57,405 nucleotides of DNA from a virus (lineage: Duplodnaviria > Caudoviricetes). Position 1 is the stretch's first letter, and every line of letters starts with the position of its first letter. The stretch lies in the IMG/VR virus record IMGVR_UViG_3300044609_000868, positions 1 to 57,405 of that record, one strand, 5' to 3'. This document shows, piece after piece, positions 29,129-37,808 of the stretch. The translations under genes were made by a program, and so were the position numbers. The notes beneath the pieces are model-generated. The model was given only the letters and a program-made list of their open reading frames with translations, did not search any database and was not told the origin of the DNA.

Positions 29129-30304
29129 GTGAGCAACGCCTCTCCGATCAGCCTCGAGCAGCTGTTCCGCTACTACAAAGCCCTGCCCCATCAGGCCGCG
29201 GCAATCGCAGAACTGCAGAACGACTTGCGCGCAAACGGCTACGACGACGCAATGCGTCGCGATAGGCCGTGGTTCAACACCTGGAGCCAAGACGGCAAGC
29301 AAGCTGATCTGGCGCCAGCGCTGAAGCTGATCAAGGAGTTTGAGGGTTGTCATCTCGAGGCGTACCCAGACCCGCTGCACGGGTGGGACGTGGCCACGAT
29401 CGGCTACGGCACCACCCGTTACGGCGACGGCCGCAAGGTGCAGAAGGGCGACAAGATCAACGCCGTCGAAGCTGACATGCTTCTGCGCCAAGAGATCGAC
29501 CGGATTGCGGCCAAGCTTGGCAGCACCGTGCCGCATTGGAAAGAGATGGGCGACTGTCAGAAGTCGGCGCTGATCTCGTTCAGCTACAACCTTGGGTCAG
29601 GTTTCTACGGCACCTCAGGGTTCAAGACCATCAGCGCTGCGCTGGCTGAGAAGCGCTGGAAGGATGTGCCGGCGGCCATGCTGCTCTATCGCAACCCCGG
29701 CACCAACGTCGAGGCCGGCCTCAAGCGCCGCCGCGAAGCCGAAGGCAAGCTCTGGCTGCAAGACATGGCCGAGATGCCCGCAGATCCGGTGCGCATCGCT
29801 GTGCCCTACTTCAGCCAGCGTGACAACGCTTCCGGCACCGGCTACCGCGAGTGCTTCTCCTCCAGCTGCGCCATGGTCTCGGCCTTCTACGGCAAGGTGA
29901 AGACCGACGACGAGTACAACAAGATCCGCTCGCAGTTCGGTGACACCATCGAGCCCACTGCCCAGCTGAAAACGCTGCAGTCGATGGGCCTCAAGGCACG
30001 CTTCATCCAGAACTGCACCGTCACGATGCTCGAGACTGAGCTGCGTGCTGGCAAGCCGGTCGCGGTCGGCTGGTTGCACCAGGGCACAGCAGCCAAGCCC
30101 ACCGGTGGCGGGCACTGGTCGGTGGCGATCGGGTTCAACCCGACGCAGATCGTGCACAACGACCCCTACGGCGAGTGCGACATGATCAACGGCGGCTACA
30201 TCAACAGCAACGGTGCTGCGATCGGTTACAGCCGCAAGAACTGGCTGCGCAGGTGGGAAGCTGATGGCGCAGGCACCGGCTGGGCGATGCTGATCTCACG
30301 GTGA
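29129..30304 (+). CDS. Endolysin: GH24 lysozyme fused to C39-like cysteine peptidase
   Basis: 'IKEFEG..LEAYPD...TIGYG', 'ALISFSYNLG', 'GLKRRREAE'; 'VPYFSQRDN...CFSSSCAM', 'GGHW', 'HNDPYG'. Confidence 0.92.
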   Translation: MSNASPISLEQLFRYYKALPHQAAAIAELQNDLRANGYDDAMRRDRPWFNTWSQDGKQADLAPALKLIKEFEGCHLEAYPDPLHGWDVATIGYGTTRYGDGRKVQKGDKINAVEADMLLRQEIDRIAAKLGSTVPHWKEMGDCQKSALISFSYNLGSGFYGTSGFKTISAALAEKRWKDVPAAMLLYRNPGTNVEAGLKRRREAEGKLWLQDMAEMPADPVRIAVPYFSQRDNASGTGYRECFSSSCAMVSAFYGKVKTDDEYNKIRSQFGDTIEPTAQLKTLQSMGLKARFIQNCTVTMLETELRAGKPVAVGWLHQGTAAKPTGGGHWSVAIGFNPTQIVHNDPYGECDMINGGYINSNGAAIGYSRKNWLRRWEADGAGTGWAMLISR

Positions 30305-30371
30305 CGTTTTGCGACTGAATCTGCCGGCGGTGGAGGCCGGTCGGTAATTTGGGCCATCACCTGCAAGCCGC

Positions 30372-30899
30372 ATGATTCTCCACGACCGCGAAATCCGCCG
30401 CTTCTGCGAAGAAGAGCGGATGATCGTTCCCTTCGATCTCGATCAGCTCAACCCAGCCAGTTATGACCTGCTGCTGGGCAACGAGATCATGATCGAAAGC
30501 GCCACCACCGATGAGCTGGTGCGTGTCGACATCAGTGAGCACAGCAAGGACACCCCCTACCTGCTGAAGCCCGGCCAGTGGATCCTTGCGGAGACATGGG
30601 AGACTTTCAACATGCCCGACGATGTGGCTGGATTGTTCTTCCTGAAGTCGAGCCGTGCCCGCGAAGGCCTCGAGCACAGCCACGCAGGATTTGCGGATCC
30701 GCAATGGAATGGCTCCAAGCTGACGCTTGAGCTCACCAATGCCCGTCAGCTGCGGCCGCTAAAGCTCTGGCCCGGCCTGAAGATCGGACAGATGGTGTTC
30801 CACCTGATGGCTGGCATTCCAGACATCTCCTATGCCGAAAAAGGGCATTATAATGGACAGGCCAGAGTGATGCCTTCGTATGAGATGGGCGGTGGTTGA
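30372..30899 (+). CDS. dcd: dCTP deaminase
   Basis: 'QLNPASYDL', 'KSSRAREG', 'AGFADP...GSKLTLEL', 'IGQMVF', 'Y.G.YNGQ'. Confidence 0.9.
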   Translation: MILHDREIRRFCEEERMIVPFDLDQLNPASYDLLLGNEIMIESATTDELVRVDISEHSKDTPYLLKPGQWILAETWETFNMPDDVAGLFFLKSSRAREGLEHSHAGFADPQWNGSKLTLELTNARQLRPLKLWPGLKIGQMVFHLMAGIPDISYAEKGHYNGQARVMPSYEMGGG

Positions 30900-31410
30900 G
30901 ACCTCTCCCTCGCTAATAGTGAGCGAAAGCGGTGAGGTCGTAAGGCTCGCGAGCTCGCGCCGTGTTCAGGCCGGTGACGGCAGGCTGTACTGGGTCTCTA
31001 TCAGTGAGAAGCGACTGCAAGCTCGTGTGACCGGTGCTGGCTACATGGCCGTGCAGACGAAAGAGCGAGGCAAGCGCAAGACCTTGTATGTTCACCGCTT
31101 AATAGCGCAAGCGTTTATCCCAAAGCCCCCTGACTGCAATGAGATCAACCACAAGGATGGAAACAAGACCAACAACGCCATTGAGAATTTGGAGTGGACA
31201 ACTCACTCCGCGAATCTTCGGCATGCTTACGCAACTGGCCTGCACCCGGGCGCTTCAATGACCGCTGAACTCGTGCGAGAGATCAAGGCGCGGCTAAAAG
31301 CAGGCGACTCTGTTGCTGCGCTTGCAAGGGAATTTGGCCTCAACTACCAGGCCGTCAGGGGCGTCAAGTCTGGACGGAGCTGGGCTTGGCTATCGGAATC
31401 TGAAGCATGA
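30892..31410 (+). CDS. Free-standing HNH homing endonuclease
   Basis: 'VHRLIAQAFI...INHKDGNKTNNAIENLEW..HSAN..H' plus C-terminal HTH. Confidence 0.88.
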   Translation: MVETSPSLIVSESGEVVRLASSRRVQAGDGRLYWVSISEKRLQARVTGAGYMAVQTKERGKRKTLYVHRLIAQAFIPKPPDCNEINHKDGNKTNNAIENLEWTTHSANLRHAYATGLHPGASMTAELVREIKARLKAGDSVAALAREFGLNYQAVRGVKSGRSWAWLSESEA

Positions 31411-32033
31411 ACGTCAAACTCGTCCACCGCACCGACAACGCCGAGGCCCTGATCGTCCGCATGGCGCGGGTGTCGGCGCCGGAGAACGCCGACAACATGG
31501 AGACAGGGCCGCGGCTGCTGCGCTATTTGATCAGCCATAAGCACTGGTCACCGCTGGAGATGGCGTCCCTGTGCGTCCAGATTGAGACCGAGCGCGACAT
31601 TGCGGCCCAGCTGCTGCGCCACCGGTCGTTCAGCTTCCAGGAGTTCAGCACCCGCTACGCGGTCGCTCAGCACCCGGTGATACCTGATTACCGTCGGCAG
31701 GACACCAGGAATCGGCAAAACAGCTTTGACGATCTTGACCACGAGCTGAAGCTTGCATTCGACAAGCGAACGCTCAACCTGTTTGGCGAGGTGCAGGAGC
31801 TCTATAGCGACATGATCGACGCCGGCGTAGCCAAGGAAACGGCTCGCCGGATTCTGCCCCTCAGCACCGCCAGCACCTTGTTCATGCATGGAACCTTGCG
31901 GTCGTGGGTGCATTACATCGAGCTGCGCACCGACGCTGGCACGCAGCTTGAGCACCGCTTGATCGCTGAAGAGATCAAAAGCATTTTCATGGAGCAGTTC
32001 CCCATAATCGGGGAAGCAGCCTTCGGGAAATGA
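31407..32033 (+). CDS. thyX: FAD-dependent thymidylate synthase
   Basis: 'HWSPLE', ThyX motif 'RHRSFSFQEFSTRY', 'KETARRILP', 'TQLEHR'. Confidence 0.95.
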   Translation: MNVKLVHRTDNAEALIVRMARVSAPENADNMETGPRLLRYLISHKHWSPLEMASLCVQIETERDIAAQLLRHRSFSFQEFSTRYAVAQHPVIPDYRRQDTRNRQNSFDDLDHELKLAFDKRTLNLFGEVQELYSDMIDAGVAKETARRILPLSTASTLFMHGTLRSWVHYIELRTDAGTQLEHRLIAEEIKSIFMEQFPIIGEAAFGK

Positions 32034-32323
32034 GATTCGCCTCTCGCGACGGCAGTGTCACGTACGACGAGGGCCTCGAGACTGCCTTTGAGCTGTTTCG
32101 CGATGGTCGCATTCAGGATGCGGCCATGATGTTCCTCGTCTACGCCGACCCCGACGCGATTGGCATCGTCGGCGAGAGTGAATACAACGCTCTCGCCGCT
32201 CACTTCAAAGAAATGATGGCGTTTGTGAAGCTCTACGAAATGATCTGCGACGAGCTTGCGCAGCCACTGCTTAGCGAAGACGGGAAGCCGGCGTACAAGG
32301 TTGGTCCTGCTGCCGAGGGGTAG
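32030..32323 (+). CDS. Hypothetical protein
   Basis: ATGA coupling to thyX. Confidence 0.6.
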   Translation: MRFASRDGSVTYDEGLETAFELFRDGRIQDAAMMFLVYADPDAIGIVGESEYNALAAHFKEMMAFVKLYEMICDELAQPLLSEDGKPAYKVGPAAEG

Positions 32324-33419
32324 CGACAGCTTCGCCGATGCGCGCCACGGCAGCCTTAGCGGCGTCGTCGATCAGGAAGGCGTAGCGCGCCGTCGTCTGC
32401 GGTGATGTGTGCCCCAGGAGCTGACCGATCTGGCTGAGCGACACGCCCACCGACAGTCCGATCGAGGCGTAGGAGCGGCGCAGATCATGCACCAGCAGGC
32501 CCTGAATGCCGGCCAGCTGCAGCAGCTCCTGCCAGAGCTTCTGGTAGCCCACCAAATGCCCGCCGTTGTCGCCTGCGATAATCCATTCAGTGTTTGAGTT
32601 GCGTCTCAGCTCTCTCAAGATGCGAATCGCTGCAGGAGGAAGATGCACTACGCGATCTTTGCCGGTGCTGTTGCCGGTCTTGTGAGCATCAATCGGGATC
32701 ACCAGCAGACCTGCTTCCTCGTTGATCCAGTCCCATCGGCCGCGGCATATCTCACCTACTCGGCAGCCAGTCAGCAACAGCAGCCGTATCAACTGGGCAA
32801 ATCGCCAGCGCAGTGGCGTGGTGGCTATCGCGTCCAATGCGGCCTCCAGCCGCTGCCGCTCTTCGCCTGACAGGTAACGCTGCCGCTTGCGCTCGCCGTT
32901 GCCCGGCACGTTGGCGCAGGGGTTGGTGGGGCATAGGCCCCAGAGGATGGCGAGGTTGAATGCCTTGCGCAGAACGGCCAGCGTCCGGTTGGCCTGGGTG
33001 CGGGCGATGCCGTTGATCAGTTGCATCACCTGCGCGCTGGTGACGGCCTGGAGCTTGGTGGTGCCGAGCTTTGGCAGCAGGTGCGTCCGCCAGATGCTTT
33101 CGTAGCCGGCCCGGGTGGTTGCTCGCAGCTTGACGTAGTGGGCCGCTTGCAGTCGCTGGTACAGATCGGCCACGGTTGGCCCGCTGCGCAGCTCCTGTCG
33201 CTTGCTGGTGGGTGCCTCGCCACGAGCGACGGCTGCAAGCAGCTTGTAGGCCTCCTCTCGGGCCAGCGTGCGGCTGATGATGCCCACCCGGCCGATCTTG
33301 TGATGCTGCTGCTTGCCGCTGGGCTCGCGGTAGCGCAGGTACCAAGTTTCAACACCGCTGGGCAGCCTCAGGATGCCAAGGCCGGTAACTTTTGAGTCTG
33401 CAATCCATTCGCGCGCCAT
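32271..33419 (-). CDS. int: Tyrosine integrase with N-terminal arm-binding domain
   Basis: Catalytic 'TGCRVGEI', 'HDLRR', 'LLGH', 'TTARYA'; N-terminal 'WYLRYR...KIG....L..AREEA'. Start taken at MAREWIAD. Confidence 0.93.
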   Translation of the reverse strand: MAREWIADSKVTGLGILRLPSGVETWYLRYREPSGKQQHHKIGRVGIISRTLAREEAYKLLAAVARGEAPTSKRQELRSGPTVADLYQRLQAAHYVKLRATTRAGYESIWRTHLLPKLGTTKLQAVTSAQVMQLINGIARTQANRTLAVLRKAFNLAILWGLCPTNPCANVPGNGERKRQRYLSGEERQRLEAALDAIATTPLRWRFAQLIRLLLLTGCRVGEICRGRWDWINEEAGLLVIPIDAHKTGNSTGKDRVVHLPPAAIRILRELRRNSNTEWIIAGDNGGHLVGYQKLWQELLQLAGIQGLLVHDLRRSYASIGLSVGVSLSQIGQLLGHTSPQTTARYAFLIDDAAKAAVARIGEAVATPRQQDQPCTPASRLR

Positions 33420-33676
33420 TCGCGCAGATCTCCGTGATTTCGCGCGACTCTGCGCGAACGAGCGGTAAAGCGCAAGAGCGGATAGATGTAATGAATCAAG
33501 ACTTTGGGTAAGTTGCGGTAAAAAGCGTGAGATACTAAAAGTTGATTTGTAATCAGTAGGTCGGCGGTTCGAGTCCGTCCGGGGGCACCATTTAACCCAA
33601 TAAAAACAACGCACTGCAGGCAGGCTGCCTGTAGCCAGCAACACCCAGTGGTGCCGTTCGCGCACTATTCGCGCAG
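33407..33676. mobile_element. attP region: TTCGCGC arm-type repeats flanking a tRNA-derived core
   Basis: TTCGCGC-containing motifs near 33407, 33418, 33438, 33450 (inverted), 33656 and 33667, on both sides of the tRNA fragment. Confidence 0.7.
33541..33590 (+). pseudogene. 3' half of tRNA-Thr(UGU), putative attP core
   Basis: Anticodon loop TTTGTAA, T-arm GGCGG-TTCGAGT-CCGTC, acceptor strand CGGGGGC-A-CCA; no 5' acceptor strand or D-arm upstream. Confidence 0.85.
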
Positions 33677-33762
33677 CGGCAAATCCCGCAGTGATCCCAA
33701 AGAAAACCTTGCCCCACGGTGCGTCTCGCTACCGTCTGTGAAGACTTGGCCCGGTTCCACCG

Positions 33763-33996
33763 ATGGCGAGCTACCTGCTTGAGGTGTCGGCCAAGGTCGT
33801 GGTGCATGCGGATGAGGACGATCTCGAGGAATTCATCGAGAACACCTACGCCCGCATAACTGAGTTCATCCCGTCGGACGAGCACATCGTCCACATCGAG
33901 CTGGATGCCTTTCCCCTACCCCAGGAGCCAGGTGGATCATCAGATCTCGGAGACGGAGCTGATTCCGAGGAAGGAGGCGAAGCTACGGTTTCGTGA
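33763..33996 (+). CDS. Small acidic hypothetical protein
   Basis: ATG start, phage-like codon use. Confidence 0.6.
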   Translation: MASYLLEVSAKVVVHADEDDLEEFIENTYARITEFIPSDEHIVHIELDAFPLPQEPGGSSDLGDGADSEEGGEATVS

Positions 33997-34249
33997 TCAG
34001 ATCCTCCTGCGGTGGGACTACAAGTGCGCCTACTGCGATGAGCCACTGGGTCGATCAGCCACGCTGGATCACGTTGTGCCCAAGGTGAAAGGTGGCACCA
34101 CTGAGAAGCGGAATCTGGTGGCCTGCTGCCTTGCGTGCAACAGCCTGAAATCGGGTCAGGACTGGCAAGAGTTCTTCCGGGCTCAACCGTTTCATTGCGG
34201 CCTTCGGGAGCAGGCAATCCTCGACTGGATCAGTCAAGGCAGGCAATAG
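33932..34249 (+). CDS. HNH endonuclease
   Basis: 'CAYC...TLDHVVPKVKGG....NLVACCLACNSLK'; GTG start after GGAG. Confidence 0.88.
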   Translation: MDHQISETELIPRKEAKLRFRDQILLRWDYKCAYCDEPLGRSATLDHVVPKVKGGTTEKRNLVACCLACNSLKSGQDWQEFFRAQPFHCGLREQAILDWISQGRQ

Positions 34250-34468
34250 CTGCTACGCTTGCGCCCTAGACCTTCTTCTGGAGAGTCTGGGCGTTCCCGT
34301 AGCGGCCGGCTGCGGGCAAAAGGCCAGTGGTGCGTGAGCCCTGGCCACCGGTCAACCTTTACAGTGACCACGTTCCCGCTCTGCTTCGGCATCGGGCAGT
34401 GCAGCGGTTGCAGGTGGCCTGTAACTGCCGCAGTAGCCGGCCCTCGGGAAACCGGGGGCTTGGTGCTG

Positions 34469-34639
34469 TCACTGCGCCAGCAGGTGATCAAGATAGAGCT
34501 CTGCCTGCCACATATCGCTCGAATACCGGCAGTAGCCGTGAGCGCAGCTGCGGTAGTAAATCTCGAATCCCGGCCGATCGAGCGTCTCGATGTAGCCGCC
34601 GTCGCGGTCGGTGCGGCTGATCACTTCCGGGTCGGACAT
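34469..34639 (-). CDS. Small hypothetical protein
   Basis: 'GGYIETL...YYRSCAHGYCRYSSDMWQAELYL'. Confidence 0.6.
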   Translation of the reverse strand: MSDPEVISRTDRDGGYIETLDRPGFEIYYRSCAHGYCRYSSDMWQAELYLDHLLAQ

Positions 34640-34953
34640 GCCTTGAAGACCGAGCACTGCGCGGCGAATCTCCCACCAGTCTGCCGGGCCTCCGGCCAGC
34701 CGAACCCGCATTGTGCGTTAATCCCCTCCCAGTGGATGCACTGCCAGCACATCGGGCGATCGTCGACACGCTTGCTCAGCTTGCGCTTGAGGTCGGAGTA
34801 GATCCGCTCAGCCCTGAAGATCGCCTCTTCGGCGTTGCTGGTCTCAAGACTGGCTTTTATCTGCTGTTCTGGGCTGCCACCAAGCTTGATGCGGACATGC
34901 CAGACGGAGCGCTCAAGGTTGAGCACCATCCGCCCGGCATGAAACCGCATCAT
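34621..34953 (-). CDS. Hypothetical protein with C-terminal Cys motif (CWQCIHW...CGFGWPE...C)
   Basis: Coupled in the leftward operon. Confidence 0.6.
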   Translation of the reverse strand: MMRFHAGRMVLNLERSVWHVRIKLGGSPEQQIKASLETSNAEEAIFRAERIYSDLKRKLSKRVDDRPMCWQCIHWEGINAQCGFGWPEARQTGGRFAAQCSVFKACPTRK

Positions 34954-35516
34954 CCCCATAAGGCTGCGTCGATCTTGCGACGGAATTCTTCAAGGTTGCC
35001 ATCATTTTGAATGACGACATCAAATCCGCCCCAGTCGTCGAGCGCACCTTCCGAAATGTGGTCGGTGTCGCGTACAGCTGATGTCCGTACAACCTTCCAC
35101 ATCTGACCGCCAGCCCCCTTGACCGCCTGCGCCTCGTTGAGGAAGCGCACGTCGTCGGTCACCACCGTGTCAAACGTCTTGATCCGAGCTTCCCAGCACC
35201 GGATCCAAATGTCGTCAGCGATGCACTGGCGACCGAACTCGGTGCCGAGGCGCTGCAGCAGCTCGCGAGCCGTGCAGCCGATCTCTGGCACGTGGCGATG
35301 CTTGTCGACCCACACCAGCTTCAGGGCTTCATCCTCCCGGTAGCCAAAGCTGCCGAGAAAGGTCACCGCCATCCGCTTCAGTGGCTCGGCAAACGACACC
35401 GGCTGGAAGCCTTGGTGAACGAGCACAGTGGCGGCATGCGTCTTGCCGGATTGCGGTGCCGGGCTGTAGATCCCGATCAGCTGCTGCGGCCGGTCGCGGT
35501 CGTAGTCGTTGTTCAT
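34950..35516 (-). CDS. Deoxynucleoside monophosphate kinase
   Basis: P-loop 'IGIYSPAPQSGKT', 'SFAEPLK', 'RELLQRLGTEFGR', 'DDVRFLNE', 'HISE'. Confidence 0.9.
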   Translation of the reverse strand: MNNDYDRDRPQQLIGIYSPAPQSGKTHAATVLVHQGFQPVSFAEPLKRMAVTFLGSFGYREDEALKLVWVDKHRHVPEIGCTARELLQRLGTEFGRQCIADDIWIRCWEARIKTFDTVVTDDVRFLNEAQAVKGAGGQMWKVVRTSAVRDTDHISEGALDDWGGFDVVIQNDGNLEEFRRKIDAALWG

Positions 35517-35725
35517 CGATCGAATGCTTCTGGGTCAACTTGGCGCGCATGCCACCAAGCGTCACGGGCCTGCTCAGCACCGCGCTGGGCGAATTCCTGC
35601 CAAAGGCCGGTGTAGGTCATGCGCAACGGGTGGCCGGCGGGCAGGTTGTCGCGACCACTCTGTTCGTAGAGGTAGTCGAGATAGTCGGCCTTCTTCTGTT
35701 CTTCGCGGGGGTGGCAGTCAAACAT
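35513..35725 (-). CDS. Hypothetical protein
   Basis: 'DYLDYLYEQSGR...TYTGLWQ'; coupled. Confidence 0.6.
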   Translation of the reverse strand: MFDCHPREEQKKADYLDYLYEQSGRDNLPAGHPLRMTYTGLWQEFAQRGAEQARDAWWHARQVDPEAFDR

Positions 35726-35912
35726 CGTGTCCAGCAAGCGAGCGTGCATAGGCCATCGCCTCCGAGTGTGTCTCGAAGGTTGGCCCCCAGGTAACAATGG
35801 CGCCGTCAAAGCACCACGGCTGGAACGCTAACCCCAGTCCGCGATCAACAGGATGAGCGCCGTAACAGGGATGGTTCTGGCCTCTCCAGGGTCCTTGCTC
35901 AGAGTGAATCAC
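35718..35912 (-). CDS. Hypothetical protein
   Basis: Coupled ORF in the leftward array. Confidence 0.55.
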   Translation of the reverse strand: MIHSEQGPWRGQNHPCYGAHPVDRGLGLAFQPWCFDGAIVTWGPTFETHSEAMAYARSLAGHDV

Positions 35913-36067
35913 CATTGTCCCTCTAGGCCAAGCACTTCAACGTGGCATGTCGGGTGCAATTCGGTCGCCATCCAATGGGCGTTGGTGGCGGAGACGGCAT
36001 AAGTCAGCCAGATCCACGTCGAGCCATCTTGGCGAGTGAGGCGGATCCGGTAGTAGCCAACGGTCAT
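35909..36067 (-). CDS. Hypothetical protein
   Basis: MTVGYYRI...; coupled. Confidence 0.55.
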   Translation of the reverse strand: MTVGYYRIRLTRQDGSTWIWLTYAVSATNAHWMATELHPTCHVEVLGLEGQW

Positions 36068-36153
36068 GGCAGGATCTTTTTGCAGAGACAAATGATCGCG
36101 ATGCAGATCAGCCAGTAGGCACCGGCGAGGTAGAGAGCTGTTGAAAGAGTCAC
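36064..36153 (-). CDS. Membrane microprotein (29 aa, MTLSTALYLAGAYWLICIAIICLCKKILP)
   Basis: Translated by hand; 4-bp overlaps at both ends; one hydrophobic helix. Confidence 0.6.
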   Translation of the reverse strand: MTLSTALYLAGAYWLICIAIICLCKKILP

Positions 36154-36329
36154 CACAGATGCCGGTTTGCCCAGCTGATGAGTTCGGATCGGATGAATGG
36201 TCCCTGCGGTTCTGCTCCCGGCAGCTGCAGGGTGTAGGTCGGCATGTCGCCAGGTTGGCGCTCGAGCTGGCTGCCGCGGCGCCTGACGGCGTAGGCGATC
36301 AGCTTGATGGTGCGGAAGCGGGTGGGCAT
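36150..36329 (-). CDS. Hypothetical protein
   Basis: MPTRFRT...; coupled. Confidence 0.5.
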   Translation of the reverse strand: MPTRFRTIKLIAYAVRRRGSQLERQPGDMPTYTLQLPGAEPQGPFIRSELISWANRHLW

Positions 36330-36330
36330 G

Positions 36331-36618
36331 TCAGTGTTGGGCTCCCCAGCGGGCAAGGACATTGCGGGCGAACACGATCAGCGCGGCGTTGGCCGGTGAG
36401 CAGATCTCCTCGAGCTTGATCTTGTCCGGGTGGCAGGCGGCGGCCAGCCTGATATGGGTGATGAGACCGGAGGCGATGGCTTCCTCAAAGAGTTGGGCGT
36501 CGCTCGGAGATGTGGCAAGCGGCCGCCACTCTGCGCCGTCAAACACCTCTATTTCGGTGAGCCAGTCAAAGCCGGGCCGCTTGACGGTACGCATCTCACC
36601 GATGATGGGCTCAGTCAT
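36331..36618 (-). CDS. Hypothetical protein (ends 'FARNVLARWG')
   Basis: ATGACTGA coupling to the upstream gene. Confidence 0.55.
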   Translation of the reverse strand: MTEPIIGEMRTVKRPGFDWLTEIEVFDGAEWRPLATSPSDAQLFEEAIASGLITHIRLAAACHPDKIKLEEICSPANAALIVFARNVLARWGAQH

Positions 36619-36940
36619 CGGGCGGAGCCTCCAGAGCGCGGCGGATGATGCCGTCAGGGTCGATGTAGTCGTTGCACCGATCAAGCGCCTGCTCCTTTAA
36701 GGACAGCGGCTTCGGACGCATTGCCTCCCGCAAGGCATTACCAGGAGGCGCAATAGTCAGACTTTGAGTAAACAGCGAGTGAGCGTCAAGCCATTTTGCA
36801 TCCTGTTCTAACTGTTGATCAGCACCGGCGGCGTAAGCGCGAGCAAGAGCCTCGCTCGTACTAATTTCATACTGATCAATGCCTAATTCAAGTTGTTCTA
36901 TTAAGTCACTTAATGCAGTAACTGAGTGCTGGTTAGTCAA
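36611..36940 (-). CDS. Hypothetical protein, 'GADQ.LE...RPKP.SLKE.AL...IRRALE' family, copy 1
   Basis: TTG start overlapping the upstream stop; C-terminal half similar to 37473-37808. Confidence 0.6.
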   Translation of the reverse strand: MTNQHSVTALSDLIEQLELGIDQYEISTSEALARAYAAGADQQLEQDAKWLDAHSLFTQSLTIAPPGNALREAMRPKPLSLKEQALDRCNDYIDPDGIIRRALEAPPDD

Positions 36941-37295
36941 TGAGCTGCTCCATTTGTTTTTCCATGTGATCTGCCCATGCCAGCAAATCACTGGCGCGGA
37001 CAAGTTGCTCGCCGGTATCAGCCACCCGCCAGTGGACTGATGCAGTGTCACGAAGGGCTTGATCGATCACCTTGCGAACAAGAAGGATTGTTGCTCGACG
37101 ATGAAGCTGATGAGTTACCGTGTCAGTGACAGAGGCCGGTTCCCTGTCATCGGACACAGCCGGTCCATCTGGCTCAGCTAAGGCGGCATGGGCAATGTCA
37201 GTCCACTGCTGAAACACAACTTTGTAGCGGTGCGGCCAGTCGGCTTTTTTAAGGCAGTCGGTTAATTCGACGCACAGTGCTCGGAAGTCGGTCAT
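36933..37295 (-). CDS. Hypothetical protein (MTDFRALC family)
   Basis: Coupled ORF, AT-richer than its surroundings. Confidence 0.6.
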   Translation of the reverse strand: MTDFRALCVELTDCLKKADWPHRYKVVFQQWTDIAHAALAEPDGPAVSDDREPASVTDTVTHQLHRRATILLVRKVIDQALRDTASVHWRVADTGEQLVRASDLLAWADHMEKQMEQLID

Positions 37296-37480
37296 CGGTT
37301 AGTGCTGCGTCGGAGGTTAAGCGGCGGCGGTCCGCTTGGGCGGTTGGTGTTCTCGTGGTTGATGCTGCGGCGCCAGTCGGGGTCTTGGTTGCGAGGCTTG
37401 GTCAAGACCCAACAAATGCGAGCGCCGAAGACGATGCCCGTGGCGAATCCCACGGCCCATGACATCACGGGGTCAGTCAT
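37292..37480 (-). CDS. Small membrane protein
   Basis: 'WAVGFATGIVFGARICWVL' hydrophobic helix. Confidence 0.55.
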   Translation of the reverse strand: MTDPVMSWAVGFATGIVFGARICWVLTKPRNQDPDWRRSINHENTNRPSGPPPLNLRRSTNR

Positions 37481-37808
37481 CGAGCGCCTCCAGTGCGCGG
37501 CGGATGACTGCCATGGCCGTCTGATCATCCGTGCCAGCCTCAACGGCAGCCCAAGCCTGCAAGGCTCGCTCCTTCAAGCTCGGCGGCTTGGGGCGGCGGA
37601 GGCGGCGTAGTTCAGCGCCCCACTCTCTGCCGTGCCCGATCTCACGCTCAACCCACTCACAGCACGCCTCCAGCTCTTGATCAGCACCCCAGCGGGCAAA
37701 GCGCGTGGCGATGAACTGCTCATAAGTCATTTCCGCCGGGGTGGATGGATTGCTGCGCAGAAAAGCCTGCACTAGCTGCGGCGGCGGAGTGATCAGGTGG
37801 TCAGTCAC
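37473..37808 (-). CDS. Hypothetical protein, 'GADQELE...RPKPPSLKE.AL...IRRALE' family, copy 2
   Basis: Paralogue of 36611-36940. Confidence 0.65.
   Translation of the reverse strand: MTDHLITPPPQLVQAFLRSNPSTPAEMTYEQFIATRFARWGADQELEACCEWVEREIGHGREWGAELRRLRRPKPPSLKERALQAWAAVEAGTDDQTAMAVIRRALEALDD

Noticed and set aside
33515-33590. Complete tRNA-Thr gene
   Set aside because: No 5' acceptor strand complementary to CGGGGGC and no D-arm upstream.
33420-33665. 82-aa N-terminal extension of the integrase
   Set aside because: Runs antisense through the tRNA fragment and attP; the arm-binding domain begins at MAREW.
34234-34491. Minus-strand ORF between the HNH gene and the leftward operon
   Set aside because: No motif, and start and frame are unclear; left unannotated.
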